Below, one piece after another: positions 1-11,630 of a stretch of 35,496 nt of DNA. Numbering within the stretch: the first letter of the stretch is position 1; every line of letters starts with the position of its first letter. Origin of the DNA: Diploschistes diacapsis (lineage: Eukaryota); assembly GCA_023645945.1 (NCBI GenBank), contig JALAIB010000072.1:1-35496 (forward strand), read 5' to 3'. The notes below the pieces were generated by a model. The model was given only the letters and a program-made list of their open reading frames with translations. It searched no databases and was not told the origin of the DNA. A program made the translations under genes and the position numbers.

Positions 1-1661
1 ACACTGCCCCATCCCCTTCACATAATACGGCCCTTCCTCGTCCGGATGCAAATGCACGCCTACCAGCGGACCCAATTGTCGTATATAACTCAACAGCGCG
101 ACACCCGTCCCTTTCGCGGAGTCGGAGACTTGGTTGTTGAGCGTCCATGTTATCATTAGGGTGATGGTGGAGAAGAAACCGGTTGTTATGGGATAGATGA
201 GGGTGTAGCGAGCCCAGGTTGGGAGGTGGGGGGAGAGGGTGAGGAGAGCGTAGCCGAGGGAGGAGAGGAGGGCGTGGAAGATTAAGGGGGAGAGCGGGTG
301 CGGAAAGTGTCGGAGAGGGAGGCTGTTAGGAGGACCTATGGGGGGAGGGGGGTGTTAATGGGGTTTTTGGGATGTATAGGTTGTTGCTTGGGGTGATGAA
401 TGGATACTTACAGAGAAAAAGGCAACAAGATATGGTGGGGCCGAGAGAGCTTGGGATTGCAAGGCTGTGTGGCCCATTTCTTCGATAATAGTGGGGAGGA
501 AGACAGGGAGGCTGGAGAAGGCGACATTGGCGCAGAAGAACATTTAGGCTGTCAGATAGCTCTTAGGATCGATCAGGGTCCGGGCGATTTCTGGCCATTG
601 AAGTCCTCGCGTGCTATTGCCTTTGTCCTGGGTGCTTTTCACCGTACAGAGTCGTCGTAGTTGTGCGACTTTGCGTTCTTTAGTGGTGAGATATCGTGCA
701 TTTTGGGGTTTATCTGGAATGTGTAAAAACACGAAACGGAAATAATGATACTTGGGAAGCTTCCACCCGGAAAGTAGTCGCCATGAAGCTATGGGAATTT
801 TTGTACCAAATTTTAGTAATGAGCCATGCGAAGCTACTCGCGAAGGAGATTGCGAGTGGTGCGGCAGAGATGAAAAGCCCAGTCCGGAAGGCTAACTCAT
901 CGCGTCGGTAAAAGAACGACATGTAGAAGGGTACCCTGACGAATGCTGCTTCACCGATTCCGAGAGCTGCACGGAGGGCGAGGAGAGGAGAAGGAGAATG
1001 CTAGAGATTGGAGAGAGGCGATAAGACCGCATGATGCTACGCAGACGGCGACTATGAGGATGGTTAACAACATATTGTGCTATTGAGAAGGTTGCAGTAA
1101 GATCTGAATACGTACGGTAAATGTGAGGAGGAATAACTTTCCATAGCAGGGTCATCTATTCAAAGAGGATGTAACTGATATAAAACGCGCGCAATAGCCA
1201 TTAATATTGGTAAGAGCTCAGATTCGGATCTCCCTCCATACCAGCAATCCGTGCATTTCCAATATCTGAATGGATAATAGCAGGATGATTGAATTACGCA
1301 TTCTAAAAGACAAGGACATACTTGACCAATCCAGAAATGAGAGCATATACAACAGAGCTACAAAAAGCAACAAACGCCTATCAAATTTCCTGATGACAGC
1401 CTTCTCTTCATCTGGGGTATAAAGCATAAAACTGTGGACTGTCGAATCACTTTCTTCTCTACACCGTTTCTCAAAGTCGGGGCCTTTCTCTTTATCCTCC
1501 GACTCATCCTCATCTTCGTCTGAGATCTCGCCGCCGCGAAGGCCTATGCCTACATGGTCGTCTGAATCCGAGTCTGAATCTAATGGGGGCGACGGCGACC
1601 TTCTCAGCTGGTTGATAGCATGACTGGATTGATTCCCATGCCGCAGCTTCCCATACGACAT
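1..1661 (-). pseudogene. Decayed MFS transporter, allantoate/nicotinate permease (Dal5/Tna1-like, ACS) family; runs off the left edge
   Basis: Spliced translation gives family motifs (KFDRRLLLFVALLYMLSFLD, NIGNARIAG, LRAALGIGEAAF, SFFYRRDELAFRTGLF, FSSLPVFLPTII, WTLNNQ). In-frame stops at 1201-1203 (QY*W), 1156-1158 (FE*M) and 544-546, plus frameshifts near 985, 730-810 and 285. First intron 1266-1321. Confidence 0.9.
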
Positions 1662-2935
1662 TGCCAATCCTTCACTAATGCGTGCAGGAGAAGGTGAAAT
1701 CTTCTGTCATGTCTACGGAAAGGGGTATATGGTTCACCCTTTGCAGTATCAGGCAGACATCGCGCGTAAAAGATATAAGTGACTGGGTCGTGGATGCACG
1801 ATATGTTGTACCATTCTGCTCATATGATAAATCTTCAGACTTCGGCCAACAAGGCTAGCGTCAAATGCAGCGCGGAACAGGCCCGCTATATCATTCCACA
1901 AACGTCCAAGCCGGTGCTATTCCTGGTGCAAACAAACCCCCGAGGTGTGGATGAGGATGGACAGAAGGCGCGTCAATTGAGCAACAGCTAACACTTTATA
2001 GTTGTCAAGACAGGTCTGACTCCTTCAGCCTCTTTGTCACAACTTGTATTAGCGTTTTTTATCTTTCAAACTTATTGTATACGGTAAAAGAACAGACCGA
2101 CCTTTTAGCTCAAAAAAAGATCGAGTGCAACAATGTCGAACTGGTTGGGGCCTTTCTAGATCGGCGGATTTCCAGCCCAAGCATTTTTCATGAGCGCACT
2201 CTCGGTTGAAGCATGGCTGAAAGCATATCGCGCAAAAGAATGACGTGAGCCGCGCGCGCGCGCGGCGACGATGAGGGCGGCGATGGGCCTAGTCCGTAAT
2301 GGAAGGGACGATGGAGGACGAAATATTTCTTGTTGTTGGGGGGCACCGGGCATTAAGTAGCGCGCTATCATATCGGGGAGAATTAACGAACATACAGCCG
2401 TTGCGTTCCCACGCGGTATTTGCTACGGAGGCTTTTCATAGGTAATCAGGGGCACAGTGTACTGTATCTACTGGAAGAAGACTTGATTGTAGCTAAGCTG
2501 ACGGTTTACGAAAACATGATTTCAGTAGGTAGCGAAACAAACAAGGTATGGAGTGGAATGGACTAAAGGCATCGGTCCCCCACAATGATGGCTATTTTCG
2601 TATGATACATAGCTGTTCATGCTCGCCCATGTCAATTGTTCAATCGGTTCTGTCTGTCGGCAACGATGTTGCCTGCATTGGTTTCCGAGGTGCAGTGAGT
2701 TAATTCCCGGACGCTGGTAGTGGCGAAGGATGGCCGATATACAACTCCTAGTAGTGGATATCGATGATAGACAGATACAAGATTGATGAAGGATATCAGC
2801 ATAAGCGTCGGGTGAACAGGGCGTGGTGGGCGTTTCCGGAAGCGCTCGCGCCACTGAATTCTCTTGGGGGAGCTGGCTGTGATCGGCAACCGATGCCATG
2901 CCCGCGAGACGATCCAGCCCTTGCTCTTTGCCATC

Positions 2936-4396
2936 TCACTTCTTCTTCTCCTTCCTCCTCAGCCTCTCCGGCAAGATATCATCATCCGAGTAACTGGGGC
3001 AATGCCCCGTCTTCGGCCCCTTGCCCTTGCGGAAGCGAGTGACGCTGGGGCTGAGCGCCGCCAGCTTCTCCTCTTTGCTTGCGTCGACGGGAGTCACCAT
3101 CCTGTTGGCCCTTGACGAGGCTCCGCGTTCATTTTCCGTGAGTTTCGAAGACGGGCGCTTGCGCCTGAGAGGCAAGCTCGAGAGGCCGCGAGCCATGTGG
3201 GGCCGTCCGGCGTCGGTACCCACGACGGCCGAAGAGCCTGCCGATGGTGAGGAGTGCTGGCCCAAATGCTGGGGCCGGGAGCGCGGAAGAACGATCTGGC
3301 GCTCGGCGAGGGGCTGCATTGGGGTCCCAGAGCGTAAAAGATCCGGGATAGTGCCCGCGGAACCGCCCGATATGGCTCGGTAAGCTTTTCCTGCGGGGCC
3401 TGCAGGACGCTTGCCGATATTGGGAGGGATGTTCTCTTTGTTCTTGGAGAATTCGCCCGTCAGGCTCTCCGGAGAGTCGGTCCGTTCAGTCGGTGAACGG
3501 ACGTTCCCTTTGCAGCTGGTGGATGATGGAGACAAACAAGGCACCTGGGCCAGCCAGGCCTTGACATGAGCTTGTTTCTGCTGGCGATCTACGTTAGGCT
3601 TAACCATGGGGAAGATCAAAGGTACATTGTGCGTCGAGTGCATGTCTTCGTCATCTGGGCCATCATCGTAGCCGAGGTCTCGGCCTAGAAGATCGTGCTG
3701 GATGTTAGGTTGGCCTGGGCGCTTGGGCAGGTCGAAGCAGCTACCGAAAGCTTCCTGAGGCGGTGTAGCTGGTCTGATGCAATTTGTTACATTTTGAGGG
3801 TCTTGATCTTTGGGTGAGTTGAAACCACTGCTGACGGGCTCAGGAGCATGGGTTGCAGACCTGAGGCCATTTCCAGCGTTGCGAGAACGTAAACTACTTC
3901 CATAGGGGCGACGTAGGGGGGTCTGCGCTGGTGACCGGTGCTCGGCGTTCTTAAAGAACCTGTGAGACGGCAGTTCAGCGTCCGTAGCCCAGGACATCAG
4001 GTCGCTCGAGACTTTGCTGGAATTCGAGTTAGGGTGGTTTGGCGTAGGCGGTATGTCTGTGTTAGGTTGGAGCTGGAATGGCTGACCGAACTTGGGGTAT
4101 GTAGGAGTTGCCTCCCAGTGAAATTGAGGGAACGTCGGGCCGAAAGCCCAGGAGGGTGGTGGGCGCGAGGGGGAAAGCTGCATATCTTTCGCGATTTCGC
4201 CTGCCGTCTCTCGAAAGACGGAAAGCATTCTATCACGGTGACTAGGACTGCTGGTGGGGCGTGAAAGGTCCCTATGTAGCTTTCTGGTACTGTTTGCTTG
4301 TGGCAACGTAGAGGATGTAAACGTTTCCACCTGGGAAGAGTGAGTGCGGGAGGGCAAGCAATTGCCTCCAACGTCAAACTTGGGACGCTCTGACAT
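2936..4396 (-). CDS. Hypothetical protein, 486 aa, Ser/Pro-rich, probably disordered, basic C-terminus
   Basis: Long uninterrupted ATG-initiated ORF. No domain recognised; C-terminal block LSPSVTRFRKGKGPKTGHCPSYSDDDIL looks like a short conserved motif. Confidence 0.65.
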   Translation of the reverse strand: MSERPKFDVGGNCLPSRTHSSQVETFTSSTLPQANSTRKLHRDLSRPTSSPSHRDRMLSVFRETAGEIAKDMQLSPSRPPPSWAFGPTFPQFHWEATPTYPKFGQPFQLQPNTDIPPTPNHPNSNSSKVSSDLMSWATDAELPSHRFFKNAEHRSPAQTPLRRPYGSSLRSRNAGNGLRSATHAPEPVSSGFNSPKDQDPQNVTNCIRPATPPQEAFGSCFDLPKRPGQPNIQHDLLGRDLGYDDGPDDEDMHSTHNVPLIFPMVKPNVDRQQKQAHVKAWLAQVPCLSPSSTSCKGNVRSPTERTDSPESLTGEFSKNKENIPPNIGKRPAGPAGKAYRAISGGSAGTIPDLLRSGTPMQPLAERQIVLPRSRPQHLGQHSSPSAGSSAVVGTDAGRPHMARGLSSLPLRRKRPSSKLTENERGASSRANRMVTPVDASKEEKLAALSPSVTRFRKGKGPKTGHCPSYSDDDILPERLRRKEKKK

Positions 4397-5257
4397 GCTT
4401 TTAACGGTAAGCAGAATGGAATGCGAGCTAGTCCTGTGCTCTACTGTTCAACAGGAGTAACGTTGGGCGAGAGGCAATAAAAAGGACCAACGGCTGATGC
4501 GTGGAAAAGACCTCTGGCTATGGGTGAAAGACGTTGAATACTGTAAACAAGCAGTGAGGGCGGATAAGAAGGATCGGGATTGTAAGAGCTGTATCAACAT
4601 CACTCAGCCTAAGCCATTGTAGATACCATCTGATAGGTAGAAGTCACATAGGAAACGGCTTGGATGTTGCAACAACGCGAGTCTCAGACGCAGGAAACGG
4701 CAGCTGGCCGAGATTCAAGAGAAGGAGAGAGAGGGAGAGGGGGAGGGAGGGAGATCATCGAGGAATGAGAGAGGAAGTGCAATTGCCTGGACGCGATAGA
4801 CAACAACAAGTAGAAGGCGCGATGCAGGTCCAAACAAGCAGTGACAGCCGACAGAAACTTGCGCACAACAACATTCGAACCACAGATAGATGATAGGTAC
4901 TGTAGAAAGCTTTCTGCTGGAAACAAACTTTGATGTCTTGGATACATACCTGCTTTGGGGAAGCCCCACGGGAGACATTGAGCAAATATCCACTGCAGAA
5001 AAGCAGAAAACTCATCAACGTCTTTGCAGTGCAATGCTATTTTACGTTATGCTCTTGGGACACAAATAATATACAACAAATCGTCAACCTTGACTTCGGC
5101 AGGCTCGTCGGCCCACGGGGGTCTCATCATACAGTTATGTACTCTGTAGTACTTTGTAAAGTACCTGTGGGTTATTGCGCTGTTAAAGCAAAGCTAGATA
5201 TCACGCTTGAGTAAGGGCTCCTGAACATATTAGACCGGCAGGGACGGCCGCAATGCG

Positions 5258-7593
5258 CTAAAAGTCAAATCCACCGGGTATGCTGATATGCAGGCCGGCG
5301 TCTTCTGCCACGCGCGGACTGACAGCCGGTGACAGCTTTGGCGTTCTCTGACGGATTGGGGAGTCCGCCACTGGTGACCGGTCTGGCGTTGCTGTAAGCT
5401 CCAACTCGTACGACGCAGCTCTCGATCGGAGCCTAGGGCGTAACGACTCTCGCAGGCTGACTCGACTCAAAGACTCCTGAGAGTGAGAGGAAGTTGGGCT
5501 GAGGGATCTCTTGATATGGCTCGACTGTTCTGGCGGTGCGGCATTGTCGAAGATTGCAGATTTCTTTGTTGTCTCCCAGTCGTCCTCGTCGCTATCAATC
5601 TGACTTGGCTTGCGCGACCTTCTTCTAGGCCTGCTCACGGACAGGCTAGGGGTCATGCTTGGCGCAGGATCGCTGGTTTCCCTCACAGGGCTGGGGTCCG
5701 GCGTGCACATCTTCATGATTCCATTCATCGCGGGAGGTGCGCTGAGGGGAGTAGATGGTTTAGATGCTTCACCACTGGTTCGCGGCGAATCCCGGCCGTG
5801 GGAGTTCAGGATCACGCCGCCGCCTATCCTTGCCCAAAACATCCGTTCTCGCAAACGAACACTTTCCTCCCAGGCTGATTTCTCTGCTTCCGTTCCGTCC
5901 GTTCTCCAATGGCCATCCTTGACCATCCGTAGAAACCCTAGAAAATCGCACGAGGACCTGAGCCGGGTGAGACAGTACATGCAGAGAGGATAGCGCTGTG
6001 CGTTTTCGTTCTCATTGGTCCGGAACCTGTGCGTTCTGGCGAACTCCGGCCCTTTTCTATTTTCTCCGCAGAGTGCGCAGGAGAATACCGACATCTTCGT
6101 AGACGTGGGCATTGGCTCGACCACTAGCGTACCCTCACACATACTGTTGATGACGGTGCGTCTAGCAAGCCACGATAGTCCCGGTGATGTATCCAGCCTG
6201 AGAGTTGGCTCAATATCTTCGGCCAACGCGCGCTTGTAGAATTTTGTTTCCTTCAACGGGATCAATGGAGAAGAGAGATTTTGTATGCTCGGAGTAACGC
6301 TACCCTGCGCATACGACGGTTGGCTTGAATTCGATGGCGTAGGTAATGAGGATGTGGAGTTGTTGGCCGAGGATATGCCGGTGGTCAATCCCGGAACCTG
6401 AAGGGCTCCATATGAGCCACTATTGACGCGGCTAGAGGGAGCTGATTTCCGAGAGACTTCCATGAGGGTTTTAAAGTCATCGTAGGCCGTCAAGTCTGTC
6501 CTCAACACAGGGGATAGGAGATTTGAAAAGCTTGTTGGCGGAGCAGGGGAAATGTCTTCTTGGGAGGCCGCCGCAAGCTTGACCTCCATAGACCTTCGCT
6601 TGTCAGCATGAGAAGCAATGGCTGGTGTTGAGGGAGCTGTCGAGCCGCCCGTGTCATAATCCGCGTTTTCGGTCTTCATGTCGTGCATCACCGCCTTCAG
6701 CTGCGCCAACTGTTCTTGGTGAGATGCTAAAAGCGCCTCGGTATCCTTAAGTTGCGTCCGTAGTTGGTCGTTGCGTCTTGCGCTTGCTTCCCGCTCTTTA
6801 CGCGCAGCTGATTCGCTTGCCTCCGTTTCTTTGCGTGCAGCTGACACCATCTGGACGGTGTAAGTAAAGCCAGAAAGACGGGGAAAGAGCAAAAAGTACC
6901 TCATTCGCCTCCTCGAACAGCGCGGTTGATAGATTCTCAAGCTCCTGTTCGATGCCTTTCTTGTCCTTCTCAACTACTGTTCGCCGCCTTCGCTCATCCG
7001 ACAGTTTCGCGTTCAGCTTGGCTATCTCTTCCTCGACCTCGGTTTTTGCCACCAACGCCCCTGTAGAAACAAGCTGCGCATGCTCCTCGTTCTCCGCCTC
7101 CAGCCTCCTAATCCTCTCTTGTGCCGTGTCCAACTCTTGACGTGTAGCGGCGAGTGCATCGTCGAGGTGGGTCTGATGATTGATTGCGGATATGAGTTTG
7201 TTGCTTAAAGCAGTGACCTCGATGTTTAGATCGGGATGGACTTTTCTCGTAGGACTCTGCTGGGGACTGGGGAACTGGTCGCTGGAGCTGCGTGGATCTC
7301 GAAGGGTACTTAGAGAGTCGTCCAGCTCCGTACGGAATCTGGAGAGCGGCAAGCCCGGAGCGCTGGCGATGGCTGCCATGCTTGGGAAGTGTGGTGTCGA
7401 GCCGGATCTCGAGACAGCCTTGCGGACTTGGACGGTAGGATTTGCAGACAATGAGCGACTGTGGTGGAGCAAGGTGGGAGCGCCGAGGAGCTCCCGAGAG
7501 CTCCTGGCTTGGAATGCGTGCGAACTACCGCAACAACTCGTATTAGTTCGGACTGATTACGAGACGAGATAGATCGCAAGCTCACTCAGCCAG
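5258..7593 (-). CDS. SEC2: Rab GDP/GTP exchange factor Sec2-like; start uncertain (CTG 7593 or ATG 7379)
   Basis: Coiled coil with Sec2p signature ELENLSTALFEEANE/MVSAARKE across intron 6851-6899; C-terminal EDIEPTLRLD, CALCGE and YPLCMYC Cys motifs. Probable further intron 7525-7585. Confidence 0.85.
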
Positions 7594-8053
7594 ATTGAAG
7601 CATTGAAGCTTTGTGAGCTCGATGAGATTATTTTCCTGTGGATCTCCTAGCTAGTATTTTAGACCTTTGCTGCCTGATAGGGAAGCTGCATATGCGACAC
7701 GCTATCTAAGTGGAAAACAGGGGACTCCGAGTCGGCTAGAGAGCGTGCATTAGGTAGACCATGGGTTGAAGAACTTCGAGTAAGTAATGCAAGTATAGTA
7801 GTTCGATTGTATAGAGCCTACTCCGCCTTCTGTGTTGACGCTTACATTTGAGGCACGGTTGTTAGTGTATAGCCGCAAGCAAAGTACTTCCCAGGACTTG
7901 TCTGATGGTAACCTCAGTTCTTGATCTCTGTCGGGCCGACTTCGAAATTTTATCCTGTGTAATTAACAAAGCGCTTGCGTCATTTACAATTCCATAAGCC
8001 CCCACCTGTAAATTCGCATTTTAGATGGCATTTTCCTACGCGCGCACGTCGTG

Positions 8054-8620
8054 ATGGCTGATGCTGATTTGGAGGAGGTATGGCTACAGCCTCTACGAAC
8101 TGCTGTTTTATTCATGAGTACTAGATCCGCAAAGCCCGTCTGGCTCAGCTCCAACAGCAAGGCGGGGGTGGAGGACCTTCGTCGGGCGGCGGCGGCGGCG
8201 AAGACGACCAAAGGAAGTTTGTGACCCCACCTTGAGCTCGTGCATCTATAATCAATGACTGACATTTACTGCTAGACAGCAAGAGGGTCTGCGCATCTTA
8301 TCCCTGCATACCGACCATAGCTTACTCCTGTTCGACTAGCCGAGGCCCGCACCCATATTCTTTCCCAGATCCTCGAGCCCGAAGCAGCGGACCGCCTGGG
8401 TCGAATACGTCTTGTTAAGGAGTCGCGCGCCACCGATGTCGAAAATAGGCTCATCATGCTGGCCCGATCGGGGCAGCTGCGCAGCAAAGTGACGGAGAAC
8501 CAGCTCAAGGAGCTTCTAGGTTCACTGGCGGAGAACACTCGTGAGAACGAGGGCGGCGGGAACATTGTCATCAGTAGGCGGAAGGGTGGTTGGGATGACG
8601 ACGATCTGGATGACCTTTGA
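8054..8620 (+). CDS. PDCD5-like dsDNA-binding protein
   Basis: Exons 8054-8077, 8125-8216, 8276-8286, 8340-8620 give MADADLEEIRKARLAQLQ...ILSQILEPEAADRLGRIRLVKESRATDVENRLIMLARSGQL, the PDCD5 family signature. Not in the ORF track because of introns. Confidence 0.92.
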
Positions 8621-8770
8621 CTCAGAGCTGGCTGTTGGATGCATTGCTTTTGAGGTCTTTCCCATGTACCCGACAAGTTTGAGTTTAACGCGTAGGTCTC
8701 ATCCTGTGAGCTGCTGCTGCGGCGGTTGGCTTCGCCGTCTGAAGGCATAGATGTTAAGGCGAAATGATAT

Positions 8771-9665
8771 CTATTCTTGTATGGTCGTAGCCTTCCCTGC
8801 TTCTCTCTTCTTCCGTGCCGCTAACCGACGTGCCTCTCTTAAATCCGGTGGCTTTTCAATACCAAGTTCTTTCCGCAGTACATCCACGTCTGTTTGTAGC
8901 TGCTCCTCCCAATAGACATTGATGATATCTTTGCACCGTGTTCCGTTATCAATCGCCCAAGGCAGGTATATGTCCCAGAACCTCTCCCTCCTCTCTTTGC
9001 TGAGCTTCGCAACCGCAAACAAGCTCAACCCAGTCATGGGCAACAACGTGTTCGCAAACTCAAAAGCCTTGACTGGTATCTCCCCTTCGACAAAGATTGG
9101 CAGTCCCGTTACGGCATGGTAGAAATCGTGGCACTCGCGGTAGCGCTGCATCACATAGGCGCATTCTTCCTCGTCGATGTATCTAACTTGCGTCCGCGTG
9201 TCCGGTGTGACGCCCTCACGGTCAAGCCATGCGGCGTAAGTTCGTCCAACGCTGTTGTCAGGAAGGCTTCGGAGGTGGTCGAGCGACATTGTCTTCGAGC
9301 TGATGCGCGGCCGGTCTCGCAGAATTCGCCGGCCGGTACTCGAACCGAGCATTGTGTCGCGGAGGCGATAGATGAAGTAGGGCGCCGCCGTTGTCTCGCC
9401 AAGAGTTGCAATCAGATCTGCATGTTTGGGCTAGAATGGAGACCTTTCGCGAGAGAGGACCGGACTTACCACCGCGATACGGGTTGATCAGTGACATGAC
9501 CGCCGACCCAACTGCGAGCGCGCTTTTCTCGATTGCCTTGAGTGGGACATGGCCCTCATAATTTGGCTGGGGACGCTGTAGAACCGAGAATCGCCTACGA
9601 GACAGGATCCAGCTTATAGCATTCCGAGACGGGAGCGCTCTCGGAGGGAAGGGAGAAACTGGCAT
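8771..9665 (-). CDS. COQ4: Ubiquinone biosynthesis protein Coq4
   Basis: Intron 9418-9469; mitochondrial-type N-terminus; motifs [11 protein letters not shown] and [10 protein letters not shown] (HDxxH...E), EGE...[10 protein letters not shown]. Confidence 0.95.
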
Positions 9666-10041
9666 TTCTGAAAGTGCCAGGCAAAGACAATCTCCTCATA
9701 CCCTGTTATTCAATAGCTTCCTAGCAATAACGGTATTAGTGTGCCATTGGAGGTAGTAAAAGCTCGCCCATACCATGGCCTTGAGATCTTGGGTCCTTTG
9801 ACCATGTCTGGGGTCGTAGCGAAATCTTGAAATTTATGGATAAAGTACTGTATGTAATTTAAAACTCACCAGTTTTACAGTAGTCTTTTAGACTGGGGGC
9901 CATTGCCTTCCCTTCTGGAAGGCCTGCATTTCGTCTACTTCTGGGATAGAGAAAGCTTGCGGTGGTAGACACTATTTGCTCCCAACTGTTTTGGACATAG
10001 TCATGAAACATACTACTGATGGCATTTTCCTTGAGATACCC

Positions 10042-11591
10042 ATGGAGAGGAAGCTTCATGATCACATGGCGTGGATTAAGGGGAAAGGGGCTCGCATTAA
10101 GAAGATAAAGCCCGTAGAATTGCCTGGCAGAGGCGTTGGGCTAGTAGCAACGCAGAGCATCGAAGTGAGCCAGCTATGGCCTGCTGTAAGGGATCCTACT
10201 GAATGTTGCTTCCAGAAAGGCGAAGTTTTTGCCGACATACCGTTTGGACAATTGCTTACGCCGAACACCATCCCGGAAGAGTTCAAGAAGATGCACAACA
10301 AAGCTATAAGCATGAATGGCCTTATTGCTTCTTTCCTGTGTAATGGCATGGTCGAACAGCATTCATATTGGAAATCCACTTGGCCCTCACCGGATGATCT
10401 CGCAGAAACCTTGCCCATCATGATGCCCCAAAGTTTGCGCCATGAACAACATATAAGTATTAAAGGAGTTAACCGTAGTTATCGTCTGCTTCCCCCGGGC
10501 GTGTACAGGCCAACGCTCGATGAGAATGGGCGAGATGTTGATAGCCAGGATTCCTTCTCATTACTTTCCAAACAAGAATCGAAGCTTCAGCGAGACTGGA
10601 GAGTGGTGGTAAAAGCATTTTCAGATGTAAGTTTCGAACATTATCGGTATCACTGGCTTCTGGTCAACACAAGATGTTTTTATTGTGATTTGCCCGCGCT
10701 CTCTGAGGTGCAGAATCGCGAAGATAAGATGGTGCTTTGTCCGTTTCTAGACTTTTTCAACCATGCAGATCAAGGGGTAGGTGTATTCAGGCCATCCAGG
10801 TGGCATTGCTGACCGGCAGTGCAATGTCTCTTACAATGAGGAGGGATACTCCGTTGCAGCAGATCGCGTATATAGTAAGAGCAAGTCTGCCAAATCGAGA
10901 TCGTATAGCTGAAGTTCCCAGCAAAAGGCGAGGAGATTCTAGTGTCTTATGGAACCCACAACAACGACACTCTCTGGACCGAATGTGGGTAGAAACCTGG
11001 ATAGCTTTTTCCTATTGTTGCTAAGTCTGGAAAAGACGGATTTATTCTCGAGACGAATAAGTGGGATACATTGAACTTGGATCCATTCATGTTTTCACCC
11101 GCCACGGGAATCGGTATGGCTAAGGTAAAGAGACGCCTGAAGTCTCTGAACTTCATTGGGTTTGTGAGAGCCGCCATCGACTCTTCCGCGTTGCTGACAT
11201 CCTCAAAAGAGACTATACACTTAGTACTGAGGGACCATGCTGGCGCACACAAGTCGCCATCCGCACACAAACACTTGGACCACAAGATTGGTCCCGCTTC
11301 GTGAGGGGGCACAAGGTCCTAATAGGCGACGCGAAAGATCAACAAGACGCTGAAAATTTCCTGGCCAGCAAAGTTCTCCAGCCATACTTTGAAGAAGCGA
11401 ACAATGCGGAGCAATGTTTGGTGCAGATGAAGATCAAATTACCTGGATTATCGCCAGGCCTCGCTGATCTCGCACTTAGGCGCTGGAGGCAAATTAAACT
11501 CTTGCTCCGTGAATCGGTATATCATGGGCTTAATGATCCAGTGCGGAGAGATGTGCTGAAAATATTCGACCGAATCGAATCTTCTGTTTAG
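10042..11591 (+). CDS. SET-domain protein lysine methyltransferase, Rubisco-LSMT/Rkm-like
   Basis: GRGVGLVA, WLLVNTRCFY, LCPFLDFFNH and SYGTHNNDTLWTEYGF motifs after removing introns 10165-10215, 10777-10819, 10875-10921, 10985-11035, 11160-11209. Confidence 0.88.
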
Positions 11592-11630
11592 TGATGGCTT
11601 TTGAAAACAGACCGAAATCTCCAAAAGTCT

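Noticed and set aside
1156..1158. TAG at a Trp position in the MFS gene as a restorative A-to-I editing site
   Set aside because: Other stops and several frameshifts cannot be repaired by editing.
2095..2135. Faint resemblance to the U2 snRNA 5' end
   Set aside because: Lacks the invariant GTGTAGTA branch-recognition sequence.
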